From Candidatus Latescibacterota bacterium (GTDB taxonomy: Bacteria; Latescibacterota; UBA2968), in NCBI GenBank assembly GCA_965222605.1, contig OZ244960.1, forward strand, positions 4,064,001 through 4,128,000: a DNA stretch of 64,000 bases, read 5' to 3'. The position numbers and the translations under genes were made by a program. The notes under the pieces were generated by a model. The model made no database searches and was not told the origin of the DNA. It worked only from the letters and a program-made list of their open reading frames with translations. Shown in pieces: positions 1 to 7,165 of the stretch (position 1 is its first letter; each line of letters opens with the position of its first letter).

Positions 1-1
1 G

Positions 2-142
2 ACGTATATCCAGCTTGCCGAGAATCGTCCGTCTAACTTTGGTGAGGCGATGTTCCCTGGCATTTACTTCTGGAAGGTCACGTCTCTGATGCCGGGTTCA
101 GAAGGCAAAACGCAGACCGGCACTTTTGTGATCATCAAGTAA
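2..142 (+). CDS. 3' end of a secreted protein with a T9SS type-A-like C-terminal sorting domain (partial)
   Basis: Frame 2 reads TYIQLAENRPSNFGEAMFPGIYFWKVTSLMPGSEGKTQTGTFVIIK*. GIY..V and terminal FVIIK match CTD-type tails, and a PorV-like gene lies directly downstream. Confidence 0.6.
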   Translation, partial: TYIQLAENRPSNFGEAMFPGIYFWKVTSLMPGSEGKTQTGTFVIIK

Positions 143-178
143 GGCGCGAAGCGTCAGACATAAAAAAGGAGAAAGACA

Positions 179-1195
179 ATGTTGAAAAAAGCACTGCTCT
201 TCGGTCTGGCTGTTGCGCTTGCCCTGCCGATGTATGCACAGGCTCAGGAAGAGCGGCCGACCCAAAGTTCATTAGGACCTTTTCCCGTGGATAGGACGCG
301 TGTTCCCCCTGAAACGGATCTGATTAAGTATGCTCGCGTTACGACCACGTCTTATGGTTTCTTGAAGCTGACGGGCAATGCGCGCTCTGCAGGTATGGGC
401 GATGCGTATTCGTCTGTTGGCAATGATCTGTCGGCTGTGTTTTACAACCCTGCTGGGGCGACCCAGATTGAGCGCTACGCGTTGACAGCTTCTTATCTGA
501 AGTGGATTGTGGGGTCTTCAATGGGCACGTTTGCCATTGGTGCCAAGACGAATGTGGCGACCTTTGCAGTCAACTTTGCGTATTTTACCACAGATGAATT
601 TGAAGAGACCACGTCCTCTCAACCCGGTGGCACGGGACGCATGGCCACAGCAGGTGACATGGCTGTTGGTCTGACCATTGCCAAGCAAGTGACGGATAAA
701 TTGAGTGTGGGTGGTAATTTGCGCTGGGTTCAGGAAGACCTGGATTTGCAGTCGTATTCCTCGTATGATATAGATTTTGGTACGCTCTTTTATACGGGCT
801 TCCATTCCACGCGTCTGGGTATGTCGCTCCGCAACTTAGGTGGCGACCAGGACGTGATTGGTCAGAAGGCGCGTTTCCCGATGGTGTTCAATCTGTCGGG
901 TGCTGCTGAAGTCTATGGCAACCTGGGCGATCCGCTGTCTTTGACAGTGGCAGTTGAACAGATGTTCTTCACGGATTCGGTGAACCGTTATCACTTTGGC
1001 GCGGAAGCATGGATACAGAACATGCTGGCGTTGCGCGGTGGTTACAAGACCGGTTATGACTCCGAATCGTGGACTGTGGGTGCTGGCTTGCAGCAGAAGT
1101 TAGGCGATCAGAGTGTGGGTGTGGATGTTTCGTATTCAAGGGCTGAGGCCCTTGATGAATATCCCATTCGCGTTTCTGTTGGCATCGGCTTCTAA
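179..1195 (+). CDS. PorV/PorQ-family (UPF0164) outer-membrane beta-barrel protein
   Basis: Signal peptide, FLKL..ARSAGMGDAY and FYNPAG motifs, alternating beta strands, terminal Phe, AGGAG RBS. Confidence 0.85.
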   Translation: MLKKALLFGLAVALALPMYAQAQEERPTQSSLGPFPVDRTRVPPETDLIKYARVTTTSYGFLKLTGNARSAGMGDAYSSVGNDLSAVFYNPAGATQIERYALTASYLKWIVGSSMGTFAIGAKTNVATFAVNFAYFTTDEFEETTSSQPGGTGRMATAGDMAVGLTIAKQVTDKLSVGGNLRWVQEDLDLQSYSSYDIDFGTLFYTGFHSTRLGMSLRNLGGDQDVIGQKARFPMVFNLSGAAEVYGNLGDPLSLTVAVEQMFFTDSVNRYHFGAEAWIQNMLALRGGYKTGYDSESWTVGAGLQQKLGDQSVGVDVSYSRAEALDEYPIRVSVGIGF

Positions 1196-1217
1196 GAAGC
1201 TCTCCCATCGGATACAC

Positions 1218-1252
1218 AAAAGGCTGCGGTCGAAAGATCGCAGCCTTTTTTT
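1218..1252 (+). terminator. Rho-independent terminator
   Basis: AAAAGGCTGCGGTC-GAAA-GATCGCAGCC followed by a T-tract. Confidence 0.9.
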
Positions 1253-1272
1253 GTACTATAAATGAAAGGCGA

Positions 1273-1310
1273 AGGTGTATTTAACCATCTGGATTGGTTT
1301 CTTTCACCAA
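1273..1310 (+). promoter_or_regulatory. Putative enhancer-binding-protein (PspF-like) UAS pair
   Basis: Two inverted boxes, AGGTGTATTTAACCA and TTGGTTTCTTTCACCAA, about 80-110 bp upstream of a sigma54 site. Confidence 0.5.
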
Positions 1311-1384
1311 TGCCAGGCGGTTTTTTTGTGCCTTAAAATTTTTTATTTATATAAAAAACAATAAGATAGATTCTGAAGGATATT

Positions 1385-1401
1385 TTGGCATAAATATTGC
1401 A
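1385..1401 (+). promoter_or_regulatory. Sigma54 -24/-12 promoter of pspA
   Basis: TTGGCATAAATATTGCA, with GG and GC separated by exactly 10 bp; pspA is classically sigma54-dependent. Confidence 0.85.
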
Positions 1402-1453
1402 GAGGTATAGATGCGCGTTTGATTAATAACCAAAAACCGAAAGGAGATACACG

Positions 1454-2122
1454 ATGGGCGCCTTTTCAAGAATAAGCAATGTGGTTCGCGCTGAGGTTGA
1501 CGAGGTTTTGAATCAGCTGGAGGATCCTAAGAAGATGGTGCGACAGATGGTTCTGGATATGGAGGCCGCGCTGGATGATGCGGTGATTGCTGTGGCACAG
1601 GCGATGGCCAATGAGAAGTTGCTGGCGCGTCGAATTGCACAGAAGGAGGAAGATTCGGCTTTGTGGGCGCGCAAGGCAGAGGATGCTATGGCTGTTGGTG
1701 AGGAAGAACTGGCGCGCAAGGCACTGGTTCAGAAGTTGGCGGTTGATGAGGCGATTAATACACTGCAAAAAGCGCGGGAGGAAGCGGAAGAGGTGACGGC
1801 GATGCTGAAGCAGCGACTCGCAGAACTGAAGGCCAAATTGGCGTCTGCTCGCGCGCGACAAAGCACGCTGGCGATTCGCAGACGTGTGGTGCAGGAGATG
1901 CGACAAGATGCGCGTGTGACAGCTTATGATGAGTTTGTTCGAGATGTGGCGCGCGAGGAAGCGACTGCTGAAATTTATGCCGAGATGGTAGATGATGCAC
2001 AGTTGAAAGAAGAGTTTGATCAATTGGAGCTAAAGCAGCGCGTCGAAGCCGAGATTCAGGTGTTGAAGGAAAAGGTGAAACAAAGCGCGCGCCAGAATGA
2101 TGAATCTGAGGAGGAGAAGTAA
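1454..2122 (+). CDS. pspA: PspA/IM30 family phage shock protein
   Basis: MGAFSRI...EDPKKMVRQ, long coiled coil, EELARKAL, AAGGAG RBS. Confidence 0.93.
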   Translation: MGAFSRISNVVRAEVDEVLNQLEDPKKMVRQMVLDMEAALDDAVIAVAQAMANEKLLARRIAQKEEDSALWARKAEDAMAVGEEELARKALVQKLAVDEAINTLQKAREEAEEVTAMLKQRLAELKAKLASARARQSTLAIRRRVVQEMRQDARVTAYDEFVRDVAREEATAEIYAEMVDDAQLKEEFDQLELKQRVEAEIQVLKEKVKQSARQNDESEEEK

Positions 2123-2124
2123 TC

Positions 2125-2313
2125 ATGTTGGTAAAATTGTTTGGCATCGCCTTGCTGGTCGTCGGTGGGATTGTTGCATTTTGCTTGCTGATGGCTCTCA
2201 TTGGAACAATTTTTGGCATTTTGTTTTTTGCGTTGAAGGTGGCTGTGCCCGTGATACTGGTTTATTTGGGGTATCGGTTGATTACGCGAGATAGACACCA
2301 GGTTACGTACTGA
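2125..2313 (+). CDS. Small two-TM membrane protein co-transcribed with pspA
   Basis: 62 aa hydrophobic ORF starting 2 bp after the pspA stop, with GAGGAG RBS. Confidence 0.75.
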   Translation: MLVKLFGIALLVVGGIVAFCLLMALIGTIFGILFFALKVAVPVILVYLGYRLITRDRHQVTY

Positions 2314-2333
2314 ATTAATGGTTGGCGACTGGT

Positions 2334-2397
2334 GGGACGGCACGGGGACCGTCCCCTACGATGATATTGTTTTTGTAGGGACCCCCTGTGGTCGCCC
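2334..2397. repeat. Inverted pair of GTAG-type REP sequences
   Basis: GGGACGGCACGGGGACCGTCCCCTAC ... GTAGGGACCCCCTGTGGTCGCCC: two GTAGGG-led palindromes in opposite orientation. Confidence 0.65.
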
Positions 2398-2416
2398 GCT
2401 GCACGCGAATGAATAG

Positions 2417-2450
2417 AAGCCCTGGGCGTTGGATAACGTCCGGGGCTTTT
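2417..2450 (+). terminator. Rho-independent terminator
   Basis: AAGCCCTGGGCGTT-GGAT-AACGTCCGGGGCTTTT. Confidence 0.75.
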
Positions 2451-2567
2451 GTGTACAAATGCTTGACAGAGAGAGGTATTGCAGATTATTTAGGTCTTGT
2501 GGTTCCGCGGTGGTGGTGCCACTTCGAGAATTTATCTTTTCCGAATCTAATACTACTAACTACTCAC

Positions 2568-2973
2568 CTGCTTGCACGACTTAAAAATTACCTGAAATTT
2601 CGCGTTGAGCAGTTGCTGTTGCGCGGGGCGCATTCTCGATTGCTATTTATCGCGTCCTTAATTGGCGTTGTTGCTGTTGGTGGTGGTTTGATGGTGCAGG
2701 CAACGGACGCGCCTTTTGATGATAGCGAGACAGCCATCTGGTGGGCATTTTTGCGTTTGACCGATCCGGGATATTTGGGAGATGATGAGGGGCTTGCCCG
2801 CCGCGTGATTTCAACGGTGGTAACGGTGCTTGGATACGTGCTTTTTATGGGGTCGTTGATAGCGATTATGACGCAGTGGCTCAATCAGACGATTCGCAAT
2901 AGAGATGGCGGCATGTCGGGGCGAAGTCGCGCTGGGTATTCGCTTGCAAAACGGCGGGGTTGTGCTCAATCCG
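2568..2973 (+). pseudogene. Internally deleted CASTOR/POLLUX-like (TrkA-type) ion channel
   Basis: N-terminal TM/pore region (WWAFLRLTDPGYLGDD) joined out of frame at about 2900 to the C-terminal motif RGEVALGIR..GGVVLNP. Confidence 0.65.
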
Positions 2974-3225
2974 GCGCATCCAGAGGTTTTGTCCGACCCC
3001 GAACCGCAGATACAGTTCCTGACATTTGGCGATAGTTCGCTGAATTTTGATTTGCTGGTTTGGATTGCGGATCCGACCCGTCAGTATTTTGTGATAAGCG
3101 ATTTGAATTTTGCTATTGTTCAGGCATTTCGAGCGCGGGATATTACCATTCCATTTCCGCAGCGGGATTTGCACATCAAAAGCGCTGTGCCCATCGCCAG
3201 GTCGCCATCGGAAGGCGATCCATAA
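2974..3225 (+). pseudogene. C-terminal fragment of an MscS mechanosensitive channel
   Basis: HPEVLSDPEP..FGDSSLNFDLLVW..I.IPFPQRDLH is the MscS tail; no TM region is present. Confidence 0.8.
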
Positions 3226-3376
3226 GCAAATGGTATCTCATGGATAATCTCTGCACCGCAGTAGCGGAATTTTGGGCTAAGAACGGCGATGGATACGGCG
3301 AATTTCGCAACCAAATGGCGCGATTTGGGTTTAACCATCACATGTCATTCACACGGATATGAGAGGAGAACGCACA

Positions 3377-5551
3377 ATGTCGATATATAGGGGCCTATCC
3401 CCCTTTCTCGTCTGTCTTTTGTTTTTCCCCGTGTGTGCAGAAGATATACGGCTTACTGTGATTCACAGCAATGATGTCTCAGGTCAATTGACGCGGCGAA
3501 GTGGCCGCGGTGGCATGGCTGCGCGCGTGGGGTTGATTCGCAAATTGCAGATTTCTGAACCGGCGATTGTTCTGGATGCCGGGAATGCTCTGGGACCCAA
3601 TGCGATGTCCCGGTTTGACGCGGGGGCAACGATGTGTGCGGCGATGAATCGCGCGAAATATGCGGCTATGGTGGTGGGGAATCACGATTTGTCTTTGGGC
3701 TGGGATGTTTTGGCAGAACGACAAAAAGAAATCGATTTTCCAATGCTGGCGGCGAATCTCGTGCGAAAAGATGGTGGGACGCCTCCTTTGCCGGGTTATA
3801 CCACGGTCAGGGCTGGCGATGTTCAGGTGGGGATCATCGGTGTGGTGGATCCGCAGGTTGCACATAAAATTGATCCAGGGCATCTATCGGGTCTGAGGGT
3901 TGGCGATCCCGTAAAAGTAGTGGATTCATTGGCCGTTGTATTGCGCGGTAAAAAGGCGCAGTGCGTTATTGTATTGGCGCACATGGATGAAACGAGTGCA
4001 TTGAATTTTGCCCGCAAGGTCGAGGGCGTTGACCTGATCGTCGCTGGCGGATTTAGCGATCTGAATCGCCGTTTACAGGTGCCGGGTCTGATCCGTTTGG
4101 TCAATGGTTTGGCACTGGTCGTCACACCGAGCAATGGGATATCTATTGGCCGCGTTGTGCTCCACTTTTCGCCGGATACTCAGGGCAATATGAAGGTGGT
4201 GGATGTTTTGGCAGAGCAGATTCCAGTGGATCGCTCCGTGGAGAGAGACCCGGAGACAGAGCGGTTGGTCAACAATCTCAGGCGACAATACGAACAGGTC
4301 GCGAGCCAGAAGATAGGCCAGATTGCGGGAAAGACATATCGGGATCAAGGGCGCGTTGTCGCAGGCGTGATGCGTCGGCATCTGAACAGCGAGATCGGCA
4401 TTGTCAACCGAGGGGGGTTGGGAGTCGTGCCTTCAAATCGCGTGCTCACGGTGGGGCATATCGATCACATGATCCCTTTTGATGACCGCCTCGTCAAAAT
4501 GGAGTTGAAGGGCGCACACCTCATGGATATTGTGCGTCGCAGCCAAAATACGCCGACAGAAGAAGCGCAGTTGATTTTTTCTGGATTGAATAAAAACACC
4601 GTCAATGCCCGTCCCATCCAAAAGGACGAATGGTATCGCGTTGCCGTCACCGAATTTCTGGCGAACGGTGGCGATGGCTACAGCGCGTTTCGCAAGGGTA
4701 AAAATGTCGTTTTTACAAATATCGCACTTCGCTCACTCCTCGTTGCAGTGCTGCGAGATACGCAGATTGTTTTGACATCCTCCGATGGTGAAGTGCCTGC
4801 AACAAATGACATCTGGCATGTTCATTGGCGCGTTAAGGGTGCGTTTAATCAGAACTATATCGATGGCACCGCGTTGTTCTATCGGAAACAAAAAGAGCGC
4901 GTGTCATTTCTCAGCGGCAAAACCAATTTGGCATGGCATACGCGGATCGATTGGCAAATTGTCAGAGACATGGAAGAGCGCGTGTTCACCCTCGATCAAA
5001 GTCTCGCCTTTGGACAAGTTGGCACGACATTTGGCGATTTGGTACTATCGGGCGATCAACTCGAAACAGATGTGATATACCGCTATCGCAGGAAAACAGT
5101 TGCCGACCCCTTTGTTTCGGTGGGATATAGCACCGCATTGCGCGAAGTCGAGGGACAGCGGCCCAAGCTCTTGCGCGGCAGCGCGGGTTTTCAACGGCGT
5201 TTTGGGCGCCGATTGACCGTGCGATTGGGTGTCCGCGCACAGCGCGATTTGGCGATTGACGCAAATGACATAGGGGTGGAAGTGAATTTGGACTATCGGC
5301 GATCATTGGGCAGCGGCAAATTGCGGTCGCGGTTGCGCAGTTTTACGGGGTTTACAGATCGGCATGTGGTGTCTTTAGAGAATTACAATACCCTCGCGTT
5401 TCCATTGGTGGGCACGTTGAGTTTGTCTGTGCAGCAAAGCAATTTTTTGTATCGCGTCAACAGAATTGGCAATACGCCTGTGGAGGGCATTGCCAATCGC
5501 TGGAATCTGACGCTCGGTCTGGTTTATGATTTGGGGTGGAAGTGGTACTGA
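3377..5551 (+). CDS. 5'-nucleotidase-like metallophosphoesterase fused to a C-terminal outer-membrane beta-barrel
   Basis: Signal peptide; HSND, DAG, GNHD and FLANGGDGY motifs; about 240 aa of amphipathic strands ending WKWY; GAGGAG RBS before ATG 3377. Confidence 0.8.
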   Translation: MSIYRGLSPFLVCLLFFPVCAEDIRLTVIHSNDVSGQLTRRSGRGGMAARVGLIRKLQISEPAIVLDAGNALGPNAMSRFDAGATMCAAMNRAKYAAMVVGNHDLSLGWDVLAERQKEIDFPMLAANLVRKDGGTPPLPGYTTVRAGDVQVGIIGVVDPQVAHKIDPGHLSGLRVGDPVKVVDSLAVVLRGKKAQCVIVLAHMDETSALNFARKVEGVDLIVAGGFSDLNRRLQVPGLIRLVNGLALVVTPSNGISIGRVVLHFSPDTQGNMKVVDVLAEQIPVDRSVERDPETERLVNNLRRQYEQVASQKIGQIAGKTYRDQGRVVAGVMRRHLNSEIGIVNRGGLGVVPSNRVLTVGHIDHMIPFDDRLVKMELKGAHLMDIVRRSQNTPTEEAQLIFSGLNKNTVNARPIQKDEWYRVAVTEFLANGGDGYSAFRKGKNVVFTNIALRSLLVAVLRDTQIVLTSSDGEVPATNDIWHVHWRVKGAFNQNYIDGTALFYRKQKERVSFLSGKTNLAWHTRIDWQIVRDMEERVFTLDQSLAFGQVGTTFGDLVLSGDQLETDVIYRYRRKTVADPFVSVGYSTALREVEGQRPKLLRGSAGFQRRFGRRLTVRLGVRAQRDLAIDANDIGVEVNLDYRRSLGSGKLRSRLRSFTGFTDRHVVSLENYNTLAFPLVGTLSLSVQQSNFLYRVNRIGNTPVEGIANRWNLTLGLVYDLGWKWY

Positions 5552-5581
5552 GATCACATGTGCGAATAGGGAAAAAGAATA

Positions 5582-6853
5582 ATGTCAGCGAGCCAGGAAG
5601 ATAGGCGACCTGTTGCCGGCGCATTGATGGTCGGATTTGCTGCGGGTTTTTTGTTGTGTGGATATGAGTTTGCGCGAAGTGTATCCACGTCGTTGTTTAT
5701 TGGTGCGTATGGGGCGCACAATTTGCCTTTTGTCATGATGCTGGCTCCCCTGGGTACGTTTGGTATGGTTTGGGGATATGGAGTGTTGTTGTCGCGATTT
5801 GGGTCGCGGCAGACTTTGTTTTTGACATCGGTGATTTCGGGTGGGGGTATTCTGGCGTGTTACGGGGGGATTGTGTCTGGATTTCATCCGGCGATCGGGG
5901 TGTTATATGTGCTGCGCGAAGCGTATATTGTGCTGATTATTGAACAATACTGGTCGTTTATCAATAGCATTTTGCGCGACGAACAGGGGCGAAAATACAA
6001 TGGTCCGATCTGTGGCATTGCTTCGGTGGGTGCGATTTGTGGCGGCTTGATTGTAGGACAAACGGCGAAGGTGTTGGGTAGTGAACATCTGCTGATTTTT
6101 GCCGCGTTATCGCTTTTGCCAGCAGCGGTTCTGGCGTGGTGGGCTTATGGCCTGGGGGGTGTGCCGGTTCAGGATCGGGAAAAGCGAGGCAAGCTGGCAT
6201 TGGGCTTGTTTCGAGATACTCCTACTTTGCGCTATCTCGCAGGATTGATTTTTGTCACGCAGATGGTGTCGGCGGTATTGGATTTGCGGTTTAGTGGGCT
6301 GGTGGAAACGGCTTTGCCGATACAGGACGAACGCACCGCGTATTTTGGGCATTTTTATGCGTTGTTGAATGCATGTGCATTTGTGTTTCAGTTTGGCGTT
6401 GCACCCCTGTTGCTGCGCTTTGTGTCGTTGCGAACCGCACATCTCGGTATTCCTGTGATTCATCTGATAACGTGTGGGGTGTTGTTGGCCTATCCGACTC
6501 TCACTACTGGTGCATTGGCCTATCTGGTGTTTAAGACGCTGGATTATTCGGTGTTTCGGGCGGCAAAAGAATTGCTCTATATCCCGCTTTCGTTTGATGC
6601 GAGGTACCGGGCAAAAGAAGTGATTGATGCGTTTGGTTATCGCGCGTCAAAGGGGATGACTTCGGGATTGATCGCACTGGCAGGAACAATTTCTTACAGG
6701 ATTTTCAATATTGGACGATTGCCGGGATCAGTGTATCCGCTTGTCGCATTGGGTGCGCTGGGAATATGGAGTTGGCTCGCGTGGGCAATTACAAAATCCG
6801 AGAGTGATAGCGATCGGCGACCACTGGTCTCAGAGGAAGTTGCTGATTTTTAG
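5582..6853 (+). CDS. Npt/TLC-like (ATP/ADP translocase family) MFS transporter
   Basis: Multiple TM helices; YEFARS, QYWSFIN and DYSVFRAAKELLYIPL..RYRAKEVID motifs. Confidence 0.8.
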   Translation: MSASQEDRRPVAGALMVGFAAGFLLCGYEFARSVSTSLFIGAYGAHNLPFVMMLAPLGTFGMVWGYGVLLSRFGSRQTLFLTSVISGGGILACYGGIVSGFHPAIGVLYVLREAYIVLIIEQYWSFINSILRDEQGRKYNGPICGIASVGAICGGLIVGQTAKVLGSEHLLIFAALSLLPAAVLAWWAYGLGGVPVQDREKRGKLALGLFRDTPTLRYLAGLIFVTQMVSAVLDLRFSGLVETALPIQDERTAYFGHFYALLNACAFVFQFGVAPLLLRFVSLRTAHLGIPVIHLITCGVLLAYPTLTTGALAYLVFKTLDYSVFRAAKELLYIPLSFDARYRAKEVIDAFGYRASKGMTSGLIALAGTISYRIFNIGRLPGSVYPLVALGALGIWSWLAWAITKSESDSDRRPLVSEEVADF

Positions 6854-6862
6854 AGTGAATGC

Positions 6863-6891
6863 TTGACACAAAATACCAAAACCTCTATTTT
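6863..6891 (+). promoter_or_regulatory. Sigma70-type promoter for the ileS leader
   Basis: TTGACA-17 bp-TATTTT. Confidence 0.65.
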
Positions 6892-6921
6892 TAACCGCGT
6901 TGATCAAAAAAGGATTGGATT

Positions 6922-7059
6922 ATGAATACAACCCATCAAACATCCCCACAACTGAGAAAGGGTCCTGCCCAGGTGACAGGTTATCTGACACCGGGCAGTG
7001 CCATTGGGGTTATATGTATATATGCTGTGGAGACGCTTGAGGGGTGTTGTTTGTCGTAA
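6922..7059 (+). CDS. Putative ileS leader peptide (45 aa)
   Basis: AAGGA RBS; MNTTHQTSPQLRKGPAQVTGYLTPGSAIGVICIYAVETLEGCCLS*; Ile codons ATT, ATA, ATA clustered at 7003-7020. Confidence 0.55.
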   Translation: MNTTHQTSPQLRKGPAQVTGYLTPGSAIGVICIYAVETLEGCCLS

Positions 7060-7082
7060 GCTATATACTTTTTGTATGACAC

Positions 7083-7114
7083 ACCGCCAGAGGCGTTTGC
7101 CGTGGCGGTTTTTT
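7083..7114 (+). terminator. Attenuator terminator upstream of ileS
   Basis: ACCGCCA...TGGCGGT followed by a T-tract, about 50 bp before the ileS start. Confidence 0.75.
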
Positions 7115-7165
7115 GTTGTACACAGGAATGTTCTCTGAATTTTGCACGATTTCAAGGAGTTTTTA

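Noticed and set aside
2388-2567. 5' extension of the 2388-3035 ORF
   Set aside because: It runs through a REP and a terminator; the homology-like sequence starts near 2568
6900-7165. T-box riboswitch upstream of ileS
   Set aside because: No T-box consensus (AGGGTGGNACCGCG) is visible before the terminator; a leader-peptide model fits better
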